NCBI GenBank assembly: GCA_040752695.1
Contig: JBFMGO010000024.1
Location: 18,876-57,046, forward strand
Direction: 5' to 3'
DNA length: 38,171 nucleotides
DNA from: a bacterium
GTDB taxonomy: Bacteria > SZUA-182 > DTGQ01
Part shown: positions 18,930 to 27,553 of the stretch, piece by piece
How positions within the stretch are numbered: the stretch's first letter is position 1
Layout of the letters: each line of letters begins with the position of its first letter
Translations under genes and position numbers: made by a program
The notes under the pieces: model-generated
Told to the model about the DNA's origin: nothing
Database searches by the model: none
What the model saw: only the letters and a program-made list of their open reading frames with translations

Positions 18930-21900
18930 ATGAAGAAGATAGTATCGGTTAGACTCGGCTTGGTTCTCTTGTTTTTCCTTTTTTGTTCCCTTCCTTCCCT
19001 TGATTTTTTTTCTCTGCCCATAATCACGACGATGCCATATGCCTTTGCCTCTTCGCATGCATCCCCGCATGGAGAGGCAGCCCCGCATGAGGAAACAGCT
19101 CAGCATCATGAGGAAGCAATACAGCATCAGCATCACGAGGAGGCAGGCTCCCACGAGGAGGCAATTTCCCACCAGGAGACAGTTTCCCACGAGGAGGCAG
19201 TTTCTCATGAGGGGGCATCCCCGCATGGAGAGGCAGCCTCGCATGAAGAGGCAGATTTGCATCATGAGGAGTCAGCGGTGCACCATGGGGAGGCGACCTC
19301 CCAGCAGGTAACGTCCAAGACTGCTCACCACTCCTCGCTGCCTTTGTGGGTTGTCCTGATTCCCATTCTGGGAGCGTTGCTGCTCTTTTTGCTGCACGAG
19401 AGTAATACGCAAGGAATCATGGTCACCATGACGTGCGGTTTAACTCTGGCCATTTCGTTATTAATGTACTCTCTGGTGGCGTGCGGGCAAAGAACGGGAG
19501 GTGCCTCTTTGCAGGGAATCTACACCTGCCTTCCCTTTTTGCCCTCCTTTGGGCTCAATCTGACCTTCAGGGTCGATCCTGCGGCTTTGGTTCTTTTGGT
19601 ATTCACCTGCCTGGTCTGGCTTCTGGTAGCCATTTATTCGCAGGGCTATCTGGTTATCGAAAATCACCAGTTGCGGTATAACGTAGCGAACCTTTGCTGT
19701 CTGGGTGTTACTTTGGGCGCATTTATGGCAGGGGATCTTTTTACGCTGTATGTTTTTTTCGAATCGATCCTGCTCTTTCTCTATCTGATGGTTATTCACC
19801 GGGAAGATGAACTGGCTTTGCGGGCCGCCAAGATATATCTTTACTTTGGCGTATTTACCGGATTAATGCTTTTGTTCGGAATTTTCCTTTTTTCCTATTT
19901 TGCCGGTACCATCGAGATTCAAAGTGCGGTGCATGCGCTCGGGCATATCCATCCCGGCTGGAAGTATCTTTTGGCAGCCCTTTTCCTTTTAGGGTTTGGC
20001 GGGAAGGCGGGGGTGTTCCTCGAGCACATCTGGATGCCTTCCTCCTACGGCTCTGCTCCCTGTCTGACTGCCGCGCTTTCTTCGGGGATCATGATCGAGG
20101 TAGGCGCCTATGGAATATTCCGGACTGTCTGCATGATCTTTGCTCCTGTCGGAGCTTCCGGCAGCCATCTTCAAGGTGCCGCTGCCTGGGCGACGTCCTC
20201 CCATCTGGGATATGTATTGATCTTTTTAGGGATCATGACCATGTTCCTGGGTGCCGTCAATGCCCTGTTCTCCACCCAGGCACTGCGGCTTTTAGCATAT
20301 TCCAGCGTCAGCCAGATGGGATATATCGTCATGGGGATTGGCTGCGCTGCCTATATGGGGACGAGTGGTGCCATGGGTCTTGCGGGAGCGCTTTATCACA
20401 TCATTAACCATGCGCTGTTTAAGGTCGGACTTTTCTTAAGTATCGGAGTCGTCTATTTTCACACCAAAGAGCTTGACATAAGAAAACTGGGCGGATTGTG
20501 GAAAGACATGCCGGTGGCTGCTTTCACGCTTCTTGTCAGTGCCCTGGCCATTGCCGGATTCCCTTTGTTTAACGGGTTTGCCAGTAAAACCATGCTTCAC
20601 CACGCCATTTTGGAAGCTTATCAGCATTCGGTTCACCTTTCCCTCACCCATACCCCTGACCCCTGGCTTCGGATAGCCGAGATCATCTTCATTATTACGG
20701 CAGGGGGAACATTTGCCTATAATATGAAACTCTTTACGATGGTCTTTCTGGGCCCGAGGAAAGACGGTCATAAGCCCGTTTTCTCATCGCCTTTTTGCAT
20801 GAATATCTCCCTGATGCTTTTCTCTGCCGGGATTTTGCTTCTGGGGATATTTCCGAACTGGCTTTTGGAAACTTTTATCGGGCCTATGCTGCCCTATTTC
20901 GGCTTTGACGCAGGCTCTCATGCCTATCATCTTATCTACAACGTTCATGCTGCCTTGCCGCACTCCGGCCTTGCGCTGTGGTTTGATCCGGTAAAAAGGA
21001 CCATACTGGCCAGCAGTGAGGTGATCCATAACCTGTCAGGCGGAAGCACTGCTATTTTAGCTGGCGGAACAATTTTTGTCCTTTTCATGGGAACCGGCCT
21101 TAACGAAAAGATCATTCCCCCGGCCTGGTCACTGGCCAGGTACTATCGGAAAGCCTTTGAAGGGTTTCGCTCGCTCTGCCGTGTGACCTACAGGGAGGTA
21201 GTAGGGGTGGCTGAGAGAATCATTTCCCTCCTCATGGTCTATGTGTGGATTCCCGGAATCAAACTGGACCTCATCGTCCCGGAGCCTGCTTCAAATGGTA
21301 AGAAAGGGATGTATCATGTCATTTCGAAAGCGGATGAGCACTACACAGGTGTTGTAGATCAGACTGGCCGGACAAAAGGGATGTTTGGCCATATATCCAA
21401 GGCGGCCCAGCTCTATGACGACGCCATTGACAAGGCTAAGGTAATCGTTGCTGAAAAAGGGCTGTTTGGCAGGATTTCTCATGCCGAAGAAAAGCTCTCC
21501 ATCTCCTTTGATAAGGTAGTGGAAAAACGCAATATCTTTGCGAATGCTACGAAAGCAGACGGCCAGTTGGATGAAGCATATGATAAAGTTATCTTCAGCC
21601 GCTTTTTTTGGGGAATGCTCACCAGGCACAGAGAGTTTAAGGTCGGGCTCTGGAGGTATTTCAAGCTCGTGGAGGATCAGTATGACAGGTTCATTGAACA
21701 TGCGCTTTTTGGTCTTATCGGTTCCGAGGATTTATCGAAGATTCAACTGGGGAGTAAAGACTTCACCAGATCCTGGTTTTTACGGATGTGCAAGAGGGCC
21801 AGCGAAATCCACACGGGTGATGTCAGCATGTACATTACCTGGATCGCCGTAACCCTGACCCTGACCATTGCAACTCTGGTGGGTTTCTTATACATTAAAT

Positions 21901-21989
21901 CCTTCTTTGCACTGATTATAACTTTAACAACAATGGTTACCTTTTTTGCCGTAGTGTTTGTTGTGATCAGCTTTTTTCTCAAGAGATAG
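18930..21989 (+). CDS. Large MrpA/NuoL-like (complex I subunit 5 family) membrane subunit with an N-terminal His/Glu repeat region and an extended C-terminal helix
   Basis: AGDLFTLYVFFES, LRLLAYSSVSQMGY, HIINHALFK and GFPLFNGFASK. The C-terminal IHTGDVSMYITW resembles the NuoL-type 'QTG..Y' motif before the last TMs. Confidence 0.88.
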   Translation: MKKIVSVRLGLVLLFFLFCSLPSLDFFSLPIITTMPYAFASSHASPHGEAAPHEETAQHHEEAIQHQHHEEAGSHEEAISHQETVSHEEAVSHEGASPHGEAASHEEADLHHEESAVHHGEATSQQVTSKTAHHSSLPLWVVLIPILGALLLFLLHESNTQGIMVTMTCGLTLAISLLMYSLVACGQRTGGASLQGIYTCLPFLPSFGLNLTFRVDPAALVLLVFTCLVWLLVAIYSQGYLVIENHQLRYNVANLCCLGVTLGAFMAGDLFTLYVFFESILLFLYLMVIHREDELALRAAKIYLYFGVFTGLMLLFGIFLFSYFAGTIEIQSAVHALGHIHPGWKYLLAALFLLGFGGKAGVFLEHIWMPSSYGSAPCLTAALSSGIMIEVGAYGIFRTVCMIFAPVGASGSHLQGAAAWATSSHLGYVLIFLGIMTMFLGAVNALFSTQALRLLAYSSVSQMGYIVMGIGCAAYMGTSGAMGLAGALYHIINHALFKVGLFLSIGVVYFHTKELDIRKLGGLWKDMPVAAFTLLVSALAIAGFPLFNGFASKTMLHHAILEAYQHSVHLSLTHTPDPWLRIAEIIFIITAGGTFAYNMKLFTMVFLGPRKDGHKPVFSSPFCMNISLMLFSAGILLLGIFPNWLLETFIGPMLPYFGFDAGSHAYHLIYNVHAALPHSGLALWFDPVKRTILASSEVIHNLSGGSTAILAGGTIFVLFMGTGLNEKIIPPAWSLARYYRKAFEGFRSLCRVTYREVVGVAERIISLLMVYVWIPGIKLDLIVPEPASNGKKGMYHVISKADEHYTGVVDQTGRTKGMFGHISKAAQLYDDAIDKAKVIVAEKGLFGRISHAEEKLSISFDKVVEKRNIFANATKADGQLDEAYDKVIFSRFFWGMLTRHREFKVGLWRYFKLVEDQYDRFIEHALFGLIGSEDLSKIQLGSKDFTRSWFLRMCKRASEIHTGDVSMYITWIAVTLTLTIATLVGFLYIKSFFALIITLTTMVTFFAVVFVVISFFLKR
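19053..19331 (+). repeat. ~18-bp coding repeats encoding His/Glu hexapeptides (SHEEAx-like)
   Basis: SPHGEA APHEET ... SHEEAI SHQETV SHEEAV SHEGAS PHGEAA SHEEAD LHHEES. The sequence GCATCCCCGCATGGAGAGGCAGCC(C/T)CGCATGA occurs at 19059 and 19215. Confidence 0.88.
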
Positions 21990-22056
21990 AAAATGGGGGG
22001 CCACTCTCTTTTGGTAATTCACGTTATTTCGCCTTCCCCAGTGGGACTTTCCCTGA

Positions 22057-23079
22057 ATGGGAGGGGATGATAAGGATGTAGTAGCAATGCAGTCGAAGCA
22101 GTCGAATGAAAACGAGCAGTTGAAAGAAAAAGAACAGATCGGGAAAGCCTTGCGGATTATCTTAGTTAGGAGCTTTACTTATTTAAGCTTATTGGTTATT
22201 ATAGTATTTGTTACCTATTTCCTGAGAAGGAAGCCTTTTCAGGATACGGTCCCTCGCGGATCGAAGTACATGGTGGCTATTGTTGATGGCTACTCGGCAT
22301 ATAAAGCACATATTCAGGGAGTAAGGGAGGGATTATTATTCAAGGGCATCCATACGGTATCCTATGGAGCGTCCAATCTTACGGACATTAAAGAAGATCC
22401 TGTATATGTCATAGGAACCGAGAGGGTGAAAGAGGCACTGGAAAAGCTGCCGGGACATACCATTATAGGATATGCACGATTTCGGGAGAAACCTCGCCCT
22501 GACTATACCGGTGTTTTCAATGGGGCCGATTGGGCAGAGGATCTGAAGCTTTATAAAAGCATTTTACCGGGGCTTAAAAACATTGGGGTTCTTTATACCG
22601 AGAGTCTGCCTGAATCCACGAGGCAGGTTGAGGCATTGCAAAAGTTTGCACAAGGTCAGCAGAATTTGGCAATAAACGCAATCCCGCTTTCCGAAAACGG
22701 GAAGGATCTGAAGGAAAAGCTGGAATCCCTTTTAGATAAAGTAGATGCCTTTCTGGGGATTATTCAAGACAAAAACATTGAGGCAGCCTTGCCAGTCATC
22801 TCGGCGAGTTGTCTTCAGCGTAAAATTCCCTTCATCGGAGGAGGAAAAATAGGAGCGCAAATGGGCGCTTTGGCTGCTTTGGAATATGATCAAAAGAGAT
22901 TAGGCAGGCAGGTGGCGGACAACATCCTTTATCAAATCATCGTACATAAGAAAGACCCTGCAAAGATCCCCATTCTCCTTCCTCAGCCGGATATCTTTAT
23001 TAATCTTTCTACTTCCTATAGATTGGGTATTCGATTTCCAGAAGACATTCAGTCCAAAGCCATGGAAAAGTACTCCTAG
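22057..23079 (+). CDS. Membrane-anchored ABC-type substrate-binding protein (ABC_sub_bind-like), orphan
   Basis: One TM (YLSLLVIIVFVTYFL), then TGV, LPGLKNIGVLY, GALAALEYDQKRLGRQVA and IFINLSTSYRLGIRFP motifs of this family. Alternative start at 22087. Confidence 0.75.
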   Translation: MGGDDKDVVAMQSKQSNENEQLKEKEQIGKALRIILVRSFTYLSLLVIIVFVTYFLRRKPFQDTVPRGSKYMVAIVDGYSAYKAHIQGVREGLLFKGIHTVSYGASNLTDIKEDPVYVIGTERVKEALEKLPGHTIIGYARFREKPRPDYTGVFNGADWAEDLKLYKSILPGLKNIGVLYTESLPESTRQVEALQKFAQGQQNLAINAIPLSENGKDLKEKLESLLDKVDAFLGIIQDKNIEAALPVISASCLQRKIPFIGGGKIGAQMGALAALEYDQKRLGRQVADNILYQIIVHKKDPAKIPILLPQPDIFINLSTSYRLGIRFPEDIQSKAMEKYS

Positions 23080-23140
23080 CACATTGAAAGGCTTTAAAGA
23101 ATAAGAAGCCTGGACGGTTTTTTTATTTTGGGGGAAGGAA

Positions 23141-25804
23141 ATGCACAGAGATATCAATGGTCAATCCGTGTCTCAAGGCGATAGTAGAGAGGGTGCCCTG
23201 GTCGAGAATATGGCTATTTTGAGCCACATGCTGGAGGAATCCAAAAAAGAACGGGAAGGTCTGGAAGCCTTACTGAACCAAATCCGCTTGCAGATAGCCA
23301 GCCTTTGCGAAAACAGCGAGATGATTCTGCGGGTTGAAAAAAGAGTGGAGACCTTGCAGTTTATCTCTCAATCCACGGAGAAGAAAATTACCGAGGTCCT
23401 CCGGTTTCGCGAGCACATCGACGATGTAAACCGGAAACTGGATGCTTTCACTGCCCTGGGCCGGGAATTGAACGAAAAATTCGATGACCTGATCCTTCAA
23501 AAAGATGCCTTCTCTGAAGTAAAAACGGAAGTGGAGCAGTTTCAGGAGACCGTGGAACAGATCGGCCACACGGTGCAGACACTGCAAGGCGAAGCCCAGG
23601 GACTCGGGGAAAGGATGAATCAGATTGCCGATCGCAAGGCCGATATTGACCTTGTCCTGGAAGAGGCCGGCCAGTTTTCCTCCCTGACCCATAAGCTGCG
23701 GGAAGAACTTCAGGAAGTCGAGCGGGAGAGGAATAATGCGATTTCCAGAATGAAAACATTCAACGATCAGGCATCGAAATACGAAACCCTGGCCGCGGAC
23801 ATGCAGCAAAAGGCCGAAGAACTGGATCGCAATAAAAATCTCTATGAAGCAACCAAGCAGAAACTGGATAGTTTAAATTCCCTGGCCGAATACATCAAGA
23901 CCAAGATGAACACTCTTTCCCAGCAGCGTTTGATCGTGGAAAAAGCCAATGAAGAGGCGGGAAGACTCAATGTGCTCTTCTGGGATATGGAAGCCAAGAT
24001 CAATAAGCTGACGGAAGAAAACAAATTAATCAAGAAGACGGAAAAGAACATCTGGCGGTTGGAATCCATGTTTAATGACGTGAACCTCAAGGTTAAGCAG
24101 GTTGCCGAAGCCAGGGAATTTCTGACTGCCGTTAACGCCCGCATGGAAGAGTTGCAAAGCCTGTCACTCGATGTCACCAATAAAAGCAGGGAACTGAATG
24201 AGGCCCGTGCGGTTATGAACAACCTGAGCGGAAGGATTGATTACCTGCACTCCAGACTCGAAGATGCCGAACGAAAAGGGGATGATATTCTGGCACTGCA
24301 AACCGATATCCAGAAGGTGCATGAGCAGGCCCAGCAGGTAAATCAGGAAATGCAGGATTTGCAAAGAGAGTTTGAGGAGGTGCTCACCCAAAAAGAGCTT
24401 ATCAAGGAGATAAAGATCCAGTTACTGGAAATAGACCTTTTAGCTCACAATATGCAGTCTGAAGCTGAGAAAATCCAGGAGAAGGGGAAACTGATCGAGC
24501 GGCTCGAAGGGAAATTAGGCACGGTGACCACCAGTCTCATGGACATCGAAGAGCGCATAGCCAACCTGGAAACGAAAAGATCCGAACTGCACCAGTTGGA
24601 ATCCAGGATCGTAGATATCCAGAAGATGTCTGACAGCCTGTCCCGGACAGAAGATGAAGTTATCGAGCGGGCGGACTACATCGACGATATCAGGCACAGG
24701 ACGGAAAAGCTGATCCTTTTGGCAGAAAAGCTTGACGAAAAGACGGAGTCTTTGGGCGACCGTCGATCCTTTATCGAGAGTCTCGAAAACCGGATTGGTC
24801 GGCTCGGTCAGGTCAGCGGAGAGCTGGAAACCCGGATCGGGGTGATTTTGGAGAATAAATCCGAGGTTGAGAGAACCGAGGAGAAGTTAAGCGCGCTGAA
24901 AGTGGTCATAGAAGAGGTCCGGATGAAGAGCATGGAACTTTTCAAGGAAAAGAAGCAGATGCTGGAATTGGCCGAGCAACTGGAAGGGCTCAAAGGCCAG
25001 GCGAACGAAATACGGCAGATGATAAACCAGATCAACCGCAACAAAGATGCTGTTCAGAGGATTCATGTGGAATTGACTCAAAACGAAGCCAGGATTTCCA
25101 GCCTTTTTGGTTCGATCGACCATAAGATCAGCGACCTTGAGCATTGGCGCACTGAGGCTGAAGGGTTAGCGGAAAATCACAGGGGGCAGTTCCGCGATCT
25201 CCTTCGGCAAATCGAAGAGGGACTGGCCCGGGTTCTGGACGAGATGGTAAATGTTGACAAAATGGAAAATAAGGTGCAAAATCTTTCTCAAATGCATCAT
25301 GATATAGAGCGCAAGATCGATACCCTTTCCAGCCGTAAAGCGGCCCTGTCCGAACTGGAGAGAAAGATCGGAACGCTTGAAGAGCTCTCCCTTTCGATCG
25401 ATGAGAACCTGGAAAAAATATCGGGCGGAAAAGACGTCATCGAGAGGACCACGAGGGACATCCAGGAGGTGCGCCTTTTGAGCCAGGATATCAGGGCCAG
25501 GATGCAGAACCTGCTTTCGGAAAGTGAAAATGTGGATGAGGTGGGGGCCAAGTTAGCGAGTCTGCATGCACTGATGGCCGAGACCCATGATAAGATGGGG
25601 AGCATCATGAAAAATATCCAATTGATAGATGATGCAGATTACCGGATGAAGAAACTGGACCTGATGGCGGAAGACCTCAAGGTAAAGTTGGACACTCTGG
25701 CTCAGCAGCAGTCGCTGGTTGAGAACGCTAACCAGCAGGTTGCCCAGTTGCAGTTTTTACTCGGGGAGGCTGAAGTAAAGGCAAGAAAATTGCAAGAATC
25801 CTAA
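23141..25804 (+). CDS. Large all-coiled-coil hypothetical protein
   Basis: 887 aa rich in E/K/L/Q/I, no Pro visible, heptad pattern throughout, no Walker motif or TM; RBS GGGGAAGGA. Confidence 0.8.
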   Translation: MHRDINGQSVSQGDSREGALVENMAILSHMLEESKKEREGLEALLNQIRLQIASLCENSEMILRVEKRVETLQFISQSTEKKITEVLRFREHIDDVNRKLDAFTALGRELNEKFDDLILQKDAFSEVKTEVEQFQETVEQIGHTVQTLQGEAQGLGERMNQIADRKADIDLVLEEAGQFSSLTHKLREELQEVERERNNAISRMKTFNDQASKYETLAADMQQKAEELDRNKNLYEATKQKLDSLNSLAEYIKTKMNTLSQQRLIVEKANEEAGRLNVLFWDMEAKINKLTEENKLIKKTEKNIWRLESMFNDVNLKVKQVAEAREFLTAVNARMEELQSLSLDVTNKSRELNEARAVMNNLSGRIDYLHSRLEDAERKGDDILALQTDIQKVHEQAQQVNQEMQDLQREFEEVLTQKELIKEIKIQLLEIDLLAHNMQSEAEKIQEKGKLIERLEGKLGTVTTSLMDIEERIANLETKRSELHQLESRIVDIQKMSDSLSRTEDEVIERADYIDDIRHRTEKLILLAEKLDEKTESLGDRRSFIESLENRIGRLGQVSGELETRIGVILENKSEVERTEEKLSALKVVIEEVRMKSMELFKEKKQMLELAEQLEGLKGQANEIRQMINQINRNKDAVQRIHVELTQNEARISSLFGSIDHKISDLEHWRTEAEGLAENHRGQFRDLLRQIEEGLARVLDEMVNVDKMENKVQNLSQMHHDIERKIDTLSSRKAALSELERKIGTLEELSLSIDENLEKISGGKDVIERTTRDIQEVRLLSQDIRARMQNLLSESENVDEVGAKLASLHALMAETHDKMGSIMKNIQLIDDADYRMKKLDLMAEDLKVKLDTLAQQQSLVENANQQVAQLQFLLGEAEVKARKLQES

Positions 25805-25867
25805 TCAAATAGAGCAGGAAGATCTCTGTATCTGTTTTTCCGACGAGAGTAGAGAAAAAGAAAATTC

Positions 25868-27523
25868 ATGCGTTGCGAAAATCATCCAGAAAGGCAATCA
25901 GGAGCGCGTTGTCAATACTGCTGGAAGGCACTGTGTCCGGATTGCCAGATAAGGGTGAAAGATCAGATATTTTGCAGTCGGCACTGCAATTTTCTTTTTC
26001 ATATCAAAGATGTCCGGCTGCGCTGCCAGCAGGCTCTGTTCAAACACAATCTCTATCTACGGTCGAAAATCGATCACCTCAATAAGTATTCGACCTTCCT
26101 TCTGATTTTAATCGGTCTTGGTACCGGATTGATTCTCGTGTATTCCACCTCCACCGAGGAAAGACACACCCTCCCGCCGGTCAGGGTGGTTCCTTCGGCT
26201 GCCGGGAATACAGGTTTGGATTCCGTTCAAATGGCCGGGCAGGATAAGGCCTCACCCATTCGTTTAAAAGAGCAAAAGGCCCTGGAGGAAGAGATCCTGC
26301 CGCCATCGGATCACCAGGCAACAGCATCCCTTTTGCCTCTGCCGATACCCCTTCCTCTTGCTGGAAATATGAACGAAGGCTCTGACGATACGCTGGCTCA
26401 CGAGACTGCCGCTCCCCTGTCTTTTGCCACGGAGCAGATATGCTCCGATTTTCAGATCAGTCTTGCTCCTCACCGTCCTCAGCAGCCTTCTTATATTATA
26501 GATATCTATGGCAATGCCCCTCCAAACAGTATCATCGCTCTTTACAAAAATGACCGTTTGTGTGATACTGTCCCCTGTAGGGGTGAGCGGTTTCTTTTTG
26601 CGCGAATCGGATTGGAGAGAGACAAGAACACCTTGCAGGCAAAGATGATTACAGCGGATGGAAATTTGTGCTACTCCAATACGCTGGAACTGGTTGTCGA
26701 TGGTGTTACCTCTCAGGTTGTGGAAAAGGGCCTTGACATCAGGCGGGGAGATCTGAGCCTGACAAAGATCTGTTTAACGTTCGACAGCGGAGAAAGTGCT
26801 GATGAAGCCCCGTATATCCTCGATATTCTCAAGGAAAAGAATATCCGGACAACCATCTTTTTAACGGGTGAGTTTATTCGAAGAAATGCGAATATTGTCA
26901 AAAGAATAATCAAAGACGGCCATGAAGTCGGTAATCATACGGATACCCATCCGCATCTAACCAGGGTCGAAAATCGGCGCATCATATGCCTTCCCGGAGT
27001 TAACCGGCAATTTTTGCACCATGAGCTGAAGAAGGCCGAAGAAGCCTTTTTCAACCTGACCGGCAAACATATGAGCCATTACTGGCGTTCACCCTATGGA
27101 GAAAATAACCTGGAAATCCGTAAATGGGCCGAGGAGTTGGGATATATCCATGTCTCCTGGACATGTGGCCGGGTTTGGGAGGATGGTCTTGATAGTCTGG
27201 ACTGGGTCACGAATACCGATTCTATTAAATATCATACGGCCGAAGAGATTCGAAACCAGATTATCAATTTCGGAACCGGCACTGAGCGTGGAGCCAATGG
27301 GGGAATTGTACTGATGCACTTTTCCACGTCCCGCCCCCGGCAGGATGCGGTTTACCTGCAATTGCCGGATATTATCGATGGATTGCACAAGAGGGGATAC
27401 GAAATCGTGAGCATCTCGCAGATGCTGCCGAAGGCGTCCCCTCAAGAAGAGAAAAAAAGCCGGCATCAAAAGGCTCCGGCGAAAAGATCCTCCGAAACAC
27501 CCAGGAGACGTTCTGCAAGGTAA
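25868..27523 (+). CDS. Polysaccharide deacetylase (NodB/CE4) with an N-terminal B-box-like Zn finger, a TM and an Ig-like spacer
   Basis: CENHP..CQYC..LCPDC..FCSRHC, TM FLLILIGLGTGLILVY, and CE4 motifs LTFDSG, GHEVGNHTDTH, RSPYG, DSLDW and IVLMH. Confidence 0.85.
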   Translation: MRCENHPERQSGARCQYCWKALCPDCQIRVKDQIFCSRHCNFLFHIKDVRLRCQQALFKHNLYLRSKIDHLNKYSTFLLILIGLGTGLILVYSTSTEERHTLPPVRVVPSAAGNTGLDSVQMAGQDKASPIRLKEQKALEEEILPPSDHQATASLLPLPIPLPLAGNMNEGSDDTLAHETAAPLSFATEQICSDFQISLAPHRPQQPSYIIDIYGNAPPNSIIALYKNDRLCDTVPCRGERFLFARIGLERDKNTLQAKMITADGNLCYSNTLELVVDGVTSQVVEKGLDIRRGDLSLTKICLTFDSGESADEAPYILDILKEKNIRTTIFLTGEFIRRNANIVKRIIKDGHEVGNHTDTHPHLTRVENRRIICLPGVNRQFLHHELKKAEEAFFNLTGKHMSHYWRSPYGENNLEIRKWAEELGYIHVSWTCGRVWEDGLDSLDWVTNTDSIKYHTAEEIRNQIINFGTGTERGANGGIVLMHFSTSRPRQDAVYLQLPDIIDGLHKRGYEIVSISQMLPKASPQEEKKSRHQKAPAKRSSETPRRRSAR

Positions 27524-27553
27524 CAGGAAAAAAGAAGAGGAGAACAATTAAGA

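Noticed and set aside
18870..19311. Alternative-frame repetitive ORFs (18870-19265 -, 19024-19218 -, 19039-19311 +)
   Set aside because: Shadows of the 18-bp His/Glu coding repeat in the large subunit.
7830..21989. Membrane-bound hydrogenase or complex I operon
   Set aside because: No NiFe large or small subunit, NuoH-like or Fe-S subunit genes in the window; only the antiporter module is present.
23141..25804. SMC/Rad50 or methyl-accepting chemotaxis protein
   Set aside because: No Walker A/B, hinge, zinc hook or MCP signalling-hairpin motif.
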